DNA of 64,000 bases from Bdellovibrionota bacterium (GTDB lineage: Bacteria > Bdellovibrionota_G > JALEGL01 > JAGRMV01), in contig JAWKOB010000005.1 in NCBI GenBank assembly GCA_041391405.1, positions 6,297 to 70,296 on the forward strand. The letters are read 5' to 3'. Position 1 is the stretch's first letter. The number at the start of each line of letters is the position of its first letter. Position numbers and translations under genes: made by a program. Below are positions 10,469 through 21,135 of the stretch, piece after piece. The notes under the pieces are model-generated. The model was not told where the DNA came from. It saw nothing but the letters and a program-made list of their open reading frames with translations, and did not search any database.

Positions 10469-11244
10469 CCCAACGACGAACAACCGGTTTTACACTTGTT
10501 GAGTTGATGCTTGTGATGCTTTTTCTGGCCATCATCGGCGTATACACATGGACCTATTTAAAAACGACACTCAACACGCAAAAAACCATCGAGCAGAAAA
10601 TTTCAATTCAGCAACTTGGACTTTCCGTGATGAGTCGCCTGCAAGAAGACATTTCCCAGGTATTTTTGGTTGAATCTTATCAAAGACTCAGCTTCTTCAA
10701 TGGTGAAGCACGCACCCTCACCTTTTCAACGCTTTCACATGATGCTCCGAATCCGGAGGACCGTGAATGCGAAGAGGCAGAAGTGACTTATTCCTTGGAC
10801 AGCGATCCTGAATCCACCGAGACCCAAGTCTTGCTTCGCAAAGAAGTTCCTTTTCTGGATGGTGAACAGGAAAAAAACGACACCTACCAACCTTTGATCG
10901 TGGCTCGTCAAATCAGCAGCCTGGAGTTTGCTTATTCAGATGATGGAGTGAAATACGTTGATGAGTGGAACACGGCCAATTCCGATCATTTGAACAAGCT
11001 TCCCAAACTCGTTCGCATTCAGCTCACCATCAAAGATCCGGAAGGGCGCGAAGAATACTTTGAAAGTCTGGTGGATCTGCCGATGACGGAAAATCTCAAT
11101 GTCACTGCACAAAACCTCGGCATGGGAGGTTCGGGTTCCAGCAGTAAAGGAAATTCAAAGAATCAACAGCAACAGCAACCCGATAGCTTGCTGACACCAA
11201 CCACACCAAGGAGAGGAGGAAACACCGGTGGCGTTCGCAAATAA
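10465..11244 (+). CDS. gspJ: Minor pseudopilin, GspJ-like (GTG start at 10465 inside ORF 10333..11244)
   Basis: VTQRRTTGFTLVELMLVMLFLAIIG follows GTG 10465, which overlaps the gspI stop. Size of about 260 aa and position fit GspJ. Confidence 0.6.
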   Translation: MTQRRTTGFTLVELMLVMLFLAIIGVYTWTYLKTTLNTQKTIEQKISIQQLGLSVMSRLQEDISQVFLVESYQRLSFFNGEARTLTFSTLSHDAPNPEDRECEEAEVTYSLDSDPESTETQVLLRKEVPFLDGEQEKNDTYQPLIVARQISSLEFAYSDDGVKYVDEWNTANSDHLNKLPKLVRIQLTIKDPEGREEYFESLVDLPMTENLNVTAQNLGMGGSGSSSKGNSKNQQQQQPDSLLTPTTPRRGGNTGGVRK

Positions 11245-12426
11245 ACTCCGCAAGAATTCCGGAATCGCCTTGATTTTCGTGCTTGGAACCGTGGCCATCA
11301 TCAGCGTGATCGCGATCGAAATGGCCCAAAAAGTTCAAATGGCCAAGATGATGGTGGTCGAACGTCGGGATAGTGTCAAAGCGCTGGAGTTGGCCAAGGC
11401 CGCCTATCGTTGGTCCTTGTTCAGATTGCAAATGGACACCACATTGGATCAGATCCCAGCCATTCCGGGAACCAACTATGGTGGCAAAAAAGACGACCTT
11501 TCTGAAATCCAGTGGACCTTTCCACTGTCTTACCCTTTTCCAGTGACCTCTATCCTCACCGGAACATCTTCCTCCGAAGAACAAACCACCCCATCTGATC
11601 CAGGTGAAGACGGCACATTTGCCAGCACCATCACAGTAGATGAAAGCTCTCGAATCAATTTGAATGATGTCGGATCCAGCACGATTCAAACCGGAACGCG
11701 CTGGTCCGGTGCCGCAAGTGTTCTTGTGGAATTTGCTGGCCTCCCTCGATTCCAATATTTATTTTCCGCCGCCTCCAACAAAAACATCCTCGACATCCTC
11801 GCGCGATCGATGACTGGACCGGATTCTGACACACAAGTGAACTATCTTCGCGGCGGCGATGAAGACACCGAATACAAAAACGAAAATGAACTTTCAAAGT
11901 CAAAAAAAACGGAAAATGTACACCGTGGACGAGATGCGCATGCTTGCACCCATGAACTACAAACTCTATGAAGAGCTCAAACCTTTTGTCACGGTCTACC
12001 CATTCGATGCGAAATTGCCGCGCGTGCGGCTTCTCCAGTGGTTCCGTTGGGAAAATCAACATCAAATACCGCGCCGGTGGAAATCCTCGCCGTGATTTTC
12101 GCCCAATCGGCCATGACCAGCAATCGTGCTCGTTTGGAATGCGCCCAGCTTTGGCCAAAATGAGAGGTGTGGCTGCATTTCGCTCCGTTAAACAGGGTAG
12201 CACCGAGCCGAACCTGTTTACCTTCCTTCAATCCAATTGCGGCGGGGGTACCCCAGAGAATGTTAAATCCTTTATCGATAGCGAAGTTCTTGGTATTTTA
12301 GATGTGCGTTCGGATGTGTTTCGCATCGAAGCCAGCGGGTTTGCTGGAGATATCGAGAAAAAGATCGAAGCCGTGGTGCTCAGATCTGGAGACAAGCCGA
12401 AAGTCCTCTACTGGAAAGTATATTAA
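11228..12426 (+). pseudogene. gspK: Minor pseudopilin GspK, at least 3 frame changes as sequenced
   Basis: The N-terminus SGIALIFVLGTVAIISVIAIEMA is typical of GspK. Later segments sit in other frames (YTVDEMRMLAPMNYKLYEELKPFVTVYP; GKINI..TAPVEILAVIF). The C-terminus is DVFRIEASGFAGDIEKKIEAVVLRSGDKPKVLYWKVY. Confidence 0.7.
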
Positions 12427-12429
12427 GGA

Positions 12430-14074
12430 ATGGCACAAAAGATCTTAGGCCTGGACATTGGCTCTCATTCGATCAAAGCAGCGCTCTTTGACACAGCGTT
12501 CCGCGTCTATACATTGACCGATCTTTTCCAATCCGCCCCATTGCATCTGGATGAAGCTCCACCCGAAGAGCACGACATCATCATCACAGAGTCGATTCAG
12601 CAGATGCTTCAAAAACAACATCGACACCAAAAACGTCATCACGGCATTGTCCGGGAAATTCATCAGCAATCGCATGCTCAAGCTTCCGCTTCCGCCAAAA
12701 CAATTGAGCAAAGTTCTGCCTTTTGAAATTGAGAACTACATTCCCTTTCCGTTGGAAGACTTGATCATCGATCATCACATCATCCAATCCAGCAAGACCG
12801 AAACGGTTTGTTTGGCTGCAGCTGCACAAAAAAACATCATCGAACATCACATTCATCTGCTTGGGAAAGTGGGCATACAACCTTCTTTCATCACATTTGA
12901 TACTCCTTTGCTTTACAACCTGAATCAACTGATCGGCGGTTCCGTCAAAACCTATGCAATCATCGATCTTGGCTATCAAAAAATCATCCATTTGTGATCG
13001 CCGATGGCAAACTTCTGCGCTGATCCGAACGCTCTACACCGAGTGTGTCATGATATCGACGAGGCGATTCGCAATGACATGAATCTCACCTTGAACAAGC
13101 CAGATAGTGAGGTAAAAGAAAAACACGGCATCCTCGAACTGGACAATCAACCACTCCGCAGCGGAGACCTGCAACGCCTCTCCACCAGTATCAAAAGCGT
13201 GATCGAATCCGCTTTTCCAAGAAATTTACCAATCCATGCATCTGTTCCGTTCACAAGATTGATTCCGGAAGATTCACAGCGCAATAACACGTTTTGTTCA
13301 GCGGAGGAACGTCTCTTCTTCGCACCTGCCGTGGAATACTTCACTCAATTGATCAACATTCCTTCCCAGCGATTGCATTTGCTCGAAGATCAAGATCCAG
13401 AACGTGCTTCACGTCCGAAAGAACCTCTCTTTGCCACGGCCGTAGGCATCGGCATGAAGGTTTCCGCGCGCGGAAAAAACGCGGCGCTCATCGAATCCAT
13501 CAATTTCCGCAAAGGCATTTTCGCATTCAATAAATCTCTGGGAGATTTCGAAGATAAACTCTGGTTCATCGGCAAATGGGTTCTTGTGATCTTCGCTGTG
13601 GCCTTCCTCCAGCTTCTTTTCCGGAATTACAACCTTCGCCATGAAAACAGCGTCGTCGAAAAAGCGGCCATCTCCGAGGTGAAGAAAATCATCCCGGATG
13701 ACAAATCCAAGTCGGGCAAAGCCGCACTCAAGAAGCTAGAAACCAAAATTCAAGAACTGCAGCAAAAACAGGAAGTCCTGACAGCCGGATTGAATCGCAC
13801 CACAGCGCTTGGCATTCTTCGCCAACTTTCCGTTCTTATCACCGAAGATATCCGTGTGGACACCAAAGAGCTTTCGATCGAACGCAACAAAATCACCATG
13901 CGCGGCGATACCGATGCATTCTCTTCGGTGGATCGCATCGTGACGAGTTTGCAAACCTTCCCTGAATTCACGCGTGTTGAAAAAGGTGATGTTCGGGACA
14001 CGTCGGATGGAAAAAAATCTTTTCAATTGACGATCCTCGTCGGTGAAGAAGGCGAAGAAAAGGGAAAAAAATGA
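12430..14074 (+). pseudogene. gspL: GspL (actin-like cytoplasmic domain, TM, periplasmic domain), split into 3 ORF pieces
   Basis: MAQKILGLDIGSHSIKAALFD at the start, TM WFIGKWVLVIFAVAFLQLLF, and C-terminal domain KELSIERNKITMRGDTDAFSSVDRIVTSLQTFPEF. The pieces are 12430-12726, 12551-12997 and 13004-14074. Confidence 0.7.
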
Positions 14075-14649
14075 TTCAGAATCTCATCGCCAAAATCGGT
14101 CTGGATCGACATATCGACAATGTGAAGAATTATTACTCGCGTTTGTCGGAACGTGAGCAGATGATGTTTCTATTGATTTGCTCCGGCGGCGCCGTTTTCG
14201 TATTGGCATTGATCTATTTCGCTGTAGCCGCTTCCAATGCCTCTCTTGCTTCGGACATCAAGAACAACCGAAAAGGGCTGCAGAATGTTGCTGAACTCGG
14301 TGCGAAGTATCGCGGATTGAGTCAAAACATTGATGATATCGAACGCATGATCGCCCAACTTCCACCCAACTTCCAACTCGGAACCGAACTGGAGGGTTTG
14401 GCCCAATCCAATTCAGTCAAAATCGAATCGATCAAAAATCGCCCCGGTTCTCCACATGAATTTTATGTTGAAAACCAGGCGCTGGTGACTGTCGAACAAG
14501 TTCAGATCAGGCCTCTGATCGATTTTCTTTTTGCAATCGAGAACTCAGGCAAACCAATGAGGATTTCGACATTGCAGATCAAACCAAACTTCAAGGATGC
14601 AAAACTGTTGAACGCCAACTTCATTGTTTCGGTGTTCCAGCAAAAATAA
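14071..14649 (+). CDS. gspM: GspM-like bitopic protein
   Basis: 192 aa with a single TM (MMFLLICSGGAVFVLALIYFAV). ATGA start/stop overlap with gspL. Assigned by operon position. Confidence 0.6.
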   Translation: MIQNLIAKIGLDRHIDNVKNYYSRLSEREQMMFLLICSGGAVFVLALIYFAVAASNASLASDIKNNRKGLQNVAELGAKYRGLSQNIDDIERMIAQLPPNFQLGTELEGLAQSNSVKIESIKNRPGSPHEFYVENQALVTVEQVQIRPLIDFLFAIENSGKPMRISTLQIKPNFKDAKLLNANFIVSVFQQK

Positions 14650-14662
14650 CAGAGGCAAACAC

Positions 14663-15613
14663 GTGGGAATTTTTTCAAAATTAGGACCCTGGATCAAATC
14701 GCTCAGGCAGCAAGGCAAATACCTTGTGATTGGTGGAATCGTGTTTGTCATGGGATTGTTCGTACATTTCCCGCTGGAACGCTTCGGAAACATCATCACT
14801 TCCACCATCCAAAAAAATACTGGCTACATTGTTCAGATGGAAAAACTCTCCCTAACGCTTCCGATTGGCGTTCATGGAGAGAATGTAACGATTCAACCGC
14901 CAATGAATGCAGGCCAACCTTTTCTGCTGACCATTGATGAATTAACAATTCGTCCATCGATCTTGGCCCTCATCACGTATCCATTTCGAAAAAATATCGG
15001 GTTTTCCTACAAAGCCAAACGTGGCAAAGAAATCTGGTCGGGCTCTGCGGACATGGGTAGCACCACTTCCAGCTTAGCGGTGAATGTAAAAAACTTTGAA
15101 TGGACCGGCAGTTTTCCATTGGACGCCAACCCTATGTTTCAGGGTCAATCCGTGAATATTCAAACCACGGTGAATTTGGATTTGGAGCTCGAAGGAAAAA
15201 CAATTTCACTTCAGCAAGGCAACTTGTCCGAAGCCAATGGCTTTTTGGAAATTACATCCAAAAAACTGGATATCGAAGCTCCCATGGTCAAAATGCTCAA
15301 CATCAATCAGTTCAACCTGGATACCAAACTCGACAAAGGAACGCTGAATATCAAAAAACTCGATTTCTCCGCGCCCAACGTGTCGGGCAAAAGCAAGGGC
15401 AACATCAAACTTTCACCGTCCTTTATTGATAGCCAGCTGGATTTGGAGGCTGTTCTGAAGGCTGATCCTTCCGATGCCAATATATCCTCGCTTTTATCGC
15501 TATTTGGGTCGTTTTATAACATTGTTCCAGGGGCAGATGGCTCTATATCGCTCAAGATAAATGGCCCCTTGAATTCGCCGGAAGGATTGACTATAAGAAG
15601 CTTCACTAATTAA
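14663..15613 (+). CDS. gspN: GspN-like protein (GTG 14663 within ORF 14624..15613)
   Basis: AGAGG lies 7 nt before GTG. N-terminal TM (YLVIGGIVFVMGLFVHF) and about 315 aa. It is the last gene of the operon. The call rests on position and size. Confidence 0.55.
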   Translation: MGIFSKLGPWIKSLRQQGKYLVIGGIVFVMGLFVHFPLERFGNIITSTIQKNTGYIVQMEKLSLTLPIGVHGENVTIQPPMNAGQPFLLTIDELTIRPSILALITYPFRKNIGFSYKAKRGKEIWSGSADMGSTTSSLAVNVKNFEWTGSFPLDANPMFQGQSVNIQTTVNLDLELEGKTISLQQGNLSEANGFLEITSKKLDIEAPMVKMLNINQFNLDTKLDKGTLNIKKLDFSAPNVSGKSKGNIKLSPSFIDSQLDLEAVLKADPSDANISSLLSLFGSFYNIVPGADGSISLKINGPLNSPEGLTIRSFTN

Positions 15614-15616
15614 TTG

Positions 15617-15682
15617 GCGAGGCCGTCGCCTCGCTTGGGGAGCTTATCTGTGGCGGGTTACAGCTCCAACAGGAGCTTTTTT
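15617..15682 (+). terminator. Two hairpins ending the gsp operon; the second is rho-independent
   Basis: GCGAGGC-cgtc-GCCTCGC at 15617-15634. AGCTCC-aaca-GGAGCT at 15662-15677, followed by a T run to 15682. Confidence 0.7.
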
Positions 15683-16271
15683 GACCAATATTGAACATAT
15701 CAATCGACGTAAGTACGATCGTTTTGCGTTCGAAAATGTTTTCGTCCTTGAAACCGAAAATTTCTCTGGAATTTCAAATACTTCCTCGATTAACCTTTCT
15801 CAAAAAGGTGCTCATCTCGTTTCCAAAACTCCCCTGACCAAAGGCTCTATTGTTTCCATTGAGATGCCTTCGGAACGTATCCAATTGATGGGCGAAGTTT
15901 GTTGGGTTGGAGAAAAAGGCGATCAACACTATAACGTTGGCGTCGCTTTTCATGAATTTATTCCTGTGACCAAAACCAAAATCGCAAATCTGATTCAGCG
16001 TATTCAAACAGAACCTGAAACTGCTGAAGGCCAAACATTTTCATTCGAATTGGAAAACAAAGTTTCGAACTTTTTGGACAAATATGTGGAGGAAGTTCGT
16101 CCGGATCCAATCGTACATGCACCGGTTTCATATCGTCGTCTTGGCACGCCGACCGAAAAAACACTTTCATTCTATACACCATCCAAACCTCAAACTTTAC
16201 GGAAGGAACAACCACATCTTTCCGCATTGACGAAGAAAAAACACCGGCTTCGCTTCCATTGCGCGCAATGA
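15681..16271 (+). CDS. PilZ-domain c-di-GMP receptor
   Basis: RRKYDR (RxxxR) and NLSQKG (D/NxSxxG) motifs lie in the first 45 aa. The start codon and the C-terminal tail are uncertain. Confidence 0.8.
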   Translation: MTNIEHINRRKYDRFAFENVFVLETENFSGISNTSSINLSQKGAHLVSKTPLTKGSIVSIEMPSERIQLMGEVCWVGEKGDQHYNVGVAFHEFIPVTKTKIANLIQRIQTEPETAEGQTFSFELENKVSNFLDKYVEEVRPDPIVHAPVSYRRLGTPTEKTLSFYTPSKPQTLRKEQPHLSALTKKKHRLRFHCAQ

Positions 16272-16372
16272 TTCTTTCACTTGTACAATGATCTTTTCCT
16301 TCAAAAATTCTTTACCACCAGTTTGACCCAATACTTGACCCATCGAAATACTACTGCGAAGCGACCAATAAA

Positions 16373-16786
16373 ATGGCTCTGAGAAAGACTTTGCCGACGA
16401 ATCAGAACCACAAATCAAGCCATTAGCTTTTGGATGGATTGATCGAGAAAATTCAATGGAAAGGTGCTGCAGATCGCATTGAAGTAAAGTTTGATTTCCG
16501 CGAACCTGTGACAACCGACCAACTGCAGATTTCCAAAATCGAGTTTGTGATCACCCTCACTAATTGCTGAAAATTGCAAATGCAAATGGCGGCCTGGAAG
16601 TTTAAAAATATTTTCATTGGTCATGCGCTACTCAATCAAATCCGCATGGGCATCCATGAAGAAAACAATCAAAAAGATCTTCATGTGGTCATGGATCTGA
16701 CCAATGCCAACGTAACAGTTGTTGATACGCAACAAACCGCACAAAGCCTCACCCTTTCTTTGCAATACGCTCCAGTTAAAGAATAA
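16373..16786 (+). pseudogene. Possible AMIN-like domain protein fragment, frame-broken
   Basis: WIDREIQWKGAADRIEVKFDFREPVTTDQLQISKIEFVITLTN, then in another frame HALLNQIRMGIHEENNQKDLHVVMDLTNANVTVVD. This resembles the two conserved AMIN blocks. The evidence is weak. Confidence 0.3.
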
Positions 16787-16843
16787 AGCTGCTACAGTAA
16801 TCATTAAGACATTGACTGATCTGTGTGGGAACAGCTCACTTGA

Positions 16844-16916
16844 GGCGGCGTACCCATTGGCTAAAGGGATCGGTCTGCAAAACCGCTATTCGCCAGTTCA
16901 ACTCCGGCGTATATCA
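16844..16916 (+). tRNA. tRNA-Cys(GCA)-like sequence, probably a non-functional remnant
   Basis: Good 5' acceptor strand GGCGGCG, D arm CCCA/AGGG, anticodon arm tcggt-CTGCAAA-accgc and T arm gccag-TTCAACT-ccggc. The 3' acceptor strand is GTATATC, where CGCCGCC is expected, and there is no CCA. Confidence 0.5.
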
Positions 16917-17008
16917 AGCAACTGTCTTCCAATAAAATCCATTAGTTGACAGTGGGCCGCAGGTTATATCTACCATGCGACCATTTAGGTTCTTTGAGCC
17001 TAACGACC

Positions 17009-17085
17009 GCGGGAGTAGCTCAGCTGGTAGAGCATCACGTTGCCAACGTGAGGGTCGAGGGTTTCGAATCCCTTCTCCCGCTCCA
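17009..17085 (+). tRNA. tRNA-Gly (anticodon GCC)
   Basis: GCGGGAG-ta-GCTC-agctggta-GAGC-a-TCACG-ttGCCaa-CGTGA-gggtc-GAGGG-tttcgaat-CCCTT-CTCCCGC-t-CCA. The cloverleaf is near-perfect but the T loop is 8 nt, one extra T. Confidence 0.9.
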
Positions 17086-17212
17086 AATATCTTCAATCAT
17101 TCTAATAGCAACGCGTCATTATCAGGTCAGAAATTCAAATTTCAACCCTCGAAAAAACCTGTATAATCATAAGATTATCCCAACTGAAAATTTGAAAAGG
17201 TAACGCACGTTC

Positions 17213-19979
17213 ATGTTCAAAAAATTTCAAGACCTCCTTCTCTTGTTTTTGTTTTCTTCTTCACGTGCTTCAGACCACAGACGACACACCCCCTTCAGTT
17301 GTCGGCCAGAGTTTCTCCCTTTCAAGGTGGTTCCCTTCCAGGAACTCACCCGTCTTGAACGACTCAGCAAAGTTCTGTACCTGATCCAGAAAGCTACGTC
17401 GATCCTGAACGCGTGAATTTCACCGAAATGTACGAAGACTCCATCGATCTGATCGCCACCAACATTCCAAAGCTTTCGATTGATCACAGCAAAACCAAAA
17501 CCACACTTTTGATCAACGGCAAAAAAAGGACTTCCCGACCGAAGTGGCCGATGTTTGCACTTCGTGGAAACCTGCTTGAATCAGTCAAATTCATCCTGGA
17601 AAAGCGTTCAACCTGAATTTACAAGCAGCCAACTTGAAAGAACTTGCCATCGCTGGACTTCTCAACACCTTGGACCCTCACTCTACATTTTGTCTGAAGA
17701 ATTTTACAAAGAGATGCAAGTTGGCACCTCCGGTAAATTCGGTGGATTGGGTATCGTCATCGGTTTGCGTGACACGCGTTTGACCGTCATCTCCCCGATT
17801 GATGATACACCTGCCTCCAAAGCAGGAATTATGGCCGGTGACTTCATCACCAAAATCGATGATGAAACCACCGTCGGTATGACCCTGACAGAGGCCGTTG
17901 AAAGAATGCGTGGACCCAAAGGCGCCCCGGTTACCATCACCATCGAACGCAAAGGCTGGACTGAGAACAAAAACTTCAAGATCATTCGCGACATCATCCG
18001 TGTGGAAAGTGTTGAATCCGCGCTTCTGAGCAACAACATTGGTTATGTGAAACTCAAAAACTTTCAGGAGGACTCCACCAAACAGATGAAAAAAGCGCTG
18101 GCGCAGCTCACTGACAAAGCTCAAGGCGGTCTCAAAGGTTTGATTCTGGACCTAAGAAACAATCCGGGTGGCTTGCTGGATCAAGCGATCGAAATTTCCA
18201 ATTTGTTCCTGGAAGAAGGAACCATCGTGACCACAGTTGGTTTGAAAAACAAGATGCGAGACACGCAAGTCGCTGAATTGAAAAACACGCAGCCGATGTA
18301 TCCGATGATCGTAGTGGTCAATGAAGGTAGCGCCAGCGCGTCTGAAATTGTTGCAGGTGCCTTGCAACGCAATGAACGTGCGATTGTGCTGGGTCAAAAA
18401 ACCTTCGGCAAAGGAACCGTACAAACACTGTACGACCTTCCTCAAAAATCTGCGCTGAAACTCACTGTTGCGAAGTACCTGACTCCGGGGGACATCTCGA
18501 TTCAATCCATCGGTATCGTTCCGGATATCCAAACCGTTCCGGTGGTGATCGACAAAGAACAAATCACTTTCTTCTATTCTGAAGAAGAACACGGGGAAGC
18601 TGAATTGGAACGACACTTCACCAGCAAAGATCAACGCACGCTCAAAATGGAGCCGTTGGCCAGCATTGAATATTTCTTTCCGAAACCGAGCCAGGAAGAA
18701 ATGGAAAAAGAATATTCCTTCAATCGACTTTCCGCAGAAGGGAAACAAAAACGTCTACTGGAAGATTTCGAAACCAGGACCGCGTACGACATTCTCAAAA
18801 TGAGCACGGATCGATCTAAAAAAACTTTGCTTGAAACGGCCCAAAAAGAACTTCTTCTGATCGCCAAAACTCAGGAAGGCCTCATTGACTCTGCGATGCA
18901 AAAGCAAGGCATCGATTGGTCCACGGCATCGAACGCCAAAGATCAAAAAGACTGCAAGCAACCGGAAGTTTCCTTCATCGTTCTTCCAGCGACCAAAGAA
19001 GCCACCATCTATTCTGGAGACAAGATCGAAATCCAAGCCATCATGAAAAACACCGGCGATTGCACTTTGTATCAAGCTAAAGCCACTTCGAAATCCGATT
19101 CCAATTTCTTTGATCATCGAGAAGTGTTTTTCGGCAAATTGACTCCGAACCAGAGTGTGATGAGAAAAATTCCGCTGACACTTCCCAAGTATTTGCCTGC
19201 CGGCGCTTACTCGATGACATTCAAATTCGAAAATGCTGTGAATGCAAATCCGAAGGACCAGGACCTTCTGATCTCTGTATTTCCAAACAAACAACCCATG
19301 TTCACCATGGACTATGACATTCGTGATCAGGTTGACAAACAATCCGGCTTCCTTGCTCCAAACACACCCGAACGCGGTGAAAAATTCTTCCTGAATCTGA
19401 AAATCAAAAACATCGGCGAAGTTCCTTCGAAAGAAGCATATGTTTCCATCAAGCAAGATGGAGACAAAACGCTACAGTTTGACAAAGCCCGTGAAAAACT
19501 TGAGCAATTCGCTCCGAACCAAGAACGCAATGTGAAGTTTTGGTCGAAGTTCCTCAAAAATTTGATGAGCCATCCTTTAATCTTGTCGTGTCAGTTTCCG
19601 ACCTGGATTATCAAAGTTTCATTCAAAAAAGATCAACATGAAATTGTTCCAGGCCAAAATTGCCGAACCAAAAGAATCCAAGATGGTGCGCTATTTCCAA
19701 GAACCTACAATCTCCTTGAGCAACATGAATGCGCTAACCCAAGTTCAACAAGGTCATGCGACGTTTACAGGAACGATCAAGGATGATGTGCAAGTTCAGG
19801 ATATGTACATCATGGTCAACGGCAAAAAAACCGTCTACCACGCGTTTGACGACAAGAAAAAAACAGAGAACTTTAACTTGTCAGTTCCTTTGAAAAAAGG
19901 GAAAAACGAGATCATTGTTGTGGCGAGAGATGACCAAGATCTGGTTCAAACCGTCCAGCTCAATCTATTCAGTCAATAA
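17213..19979 (+). pseudogene. Large S41 carboxyl-terminal processing protease (Ctp/Prc family, PDZ) with long C-terminal extension; several frame breaks
   Basis: LDPHS, GKFGGLGIVIG, PDZ (SPIDDTPASKAGIMAGDFITKIDD), GLILDLRNNPGGLL and VNEGSASASEIVAGALQ...TFGKGTVQ. The N-terminal pieces are 17213-17416 and 17413-17616. The C-terminal piece is 19638-19979. Confidence 0.85.
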
Positions 19980-20125
19980 ACTGCAAACTCCTTTGCTAAT
20001 TTTCCCTTCTACCCTGTGGAAAGGAACCGACGTGGAGTGATCGCCAGGCCGACGACACGATACTCACAAACTCCTGTTACCCTCAGGTAGAAGTCCCAAC
20101 ATGCCTGAATGTTTTCAAATCAGCT

Positions 20126-20202
20126 GGTGAGCGTTTTTGAGATTTCCCGAGGTGAATGCGAAGCTTTGAAACCGAGGGAAATACTCAAAAAAGTAGCTCA
20201 CC
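20126..20202. repeat. 77-nt long imperfect inverted repeat in a convergent intergenic gap
   Basis: GGTGAGC-g-TTTTTGAG-ATTTCCC...GGGAAAT-a-CTCAAAAA-agta-GCTCACC. That gives 22 paired positions in three stem segments. Confidence 0.5.
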
Positions 20203-20247
20203 CAAATGAAAGTGTGGTTTCAAATTGGCAAATGGGCTTGTGATTGA

Positions 20248-21135
20248 TTATTTTTTTGGAGCTGGAACGATTGCCGCTGGTTTTGCTGCGGTTTTTTCTT
20301 CTGGTTTTTTCACAGCGGGCTTCGCAGGAATTTTTTCAGGTTTTGGTGCAGTGACAGGAACAGGTCTTGGCTGCGCAAGAACTTCAAAAGAGTCATAGTC
20401 CCCGATGGATTTACTTTTGCTGTCGTCAGAATCACTCAAAAAACCAAATGCTACAGGATTCGGAGGATTGCGTCCGAATAATTTTTTGTAATCTTCATAG
20501 ACATTGCGCTCTTCGGTCACCCATTCGCCCTGTTTGTCCTTTCCAGCACGAATCACGATGGCCGGAAAATTATCTTTCTTGCGCAAGAGGCGATCTTTTT
20601 GCAAATCACTGTTCCAAATATACTTGATCGTTTCAGGCATGAACCAACGCGCCGGAAAGACGACATAAATGCCGACGGCATTGTCATTTTTCACCACATG
20701 CTTGGTATCTGAGTAAGGAAACTCGCGAATTCTCCATTTCCAAGAAAGGATCGGGTTTTCTTTGATATTCCATCCCTTTTTGCGGAACAGTTGCACGGAA
20801 TTGCTCACCGTTCGAGCTTCAAGAAATGTGTTGTCTCCCTCTTTGACAAAAGAATAAATCGTAGATGGATTGCCGTTTCGACTTTTCCAATAGCTGTCTG
20901 AAAACTTGGAACCTGAGAAACTGGAGAAGTCCTCCAACATTTCTGCCCCCGCTTTTTTCACGACGCAAAGCGATGCAGTTAAAAAAACTGCAATTAAGAT
21001 TATGAAACTTTTTGAATTGATGTATTCAACACGTGCTCTATAATAACTTAATTTTAAAGGGAAAACTACATTGTTGAGAAAATACTTCCCATTCTTTTTC
21101 TCCGACCTAGCCATCGATCTAGGCACAGCAAACAC
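20248..21135 (-). CDS. Secreted DUF3047-like protein with Pro/Lys-rich tail (true start probably near 21030)
   Basis: Signal-like FIILIAVFLTASLCVV. Conserved-looking core SWKWRIREFP...AVGIYVVF...IKYIWNS...PVAFGFLSDSDDS. The ORF's 5' end overlaps the mreB start, so an internal start is likely. Confidence 0.55.
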   Translation of the reverse strand: MFAVPRSMARSEKKNGKYFLNNVVFPLKLSYYRARVEYINSKSFIILIAVFLTASLCVVKKAGAEMLEDFSSFSGSKFSDSYWKSRNGNPSTIYSFVKEGDNTFLEARTVSNSVQLFRKKGWNIKENPILSWKWRIREFPYSDTKHVVKNDNAVGIYVVFPARWFMPETIKYIWNSDLQKDRLLRKKDNFPAIVIRAGKDKQGEWVTEERNVYEDYKKLFGRNPPNPVAFGFLSDSDDSKSKSIGDYDSFEVLAQPRPVPVTAPKPEKIPAKPAVKKPEEKTAAKPAAIVPAPKK

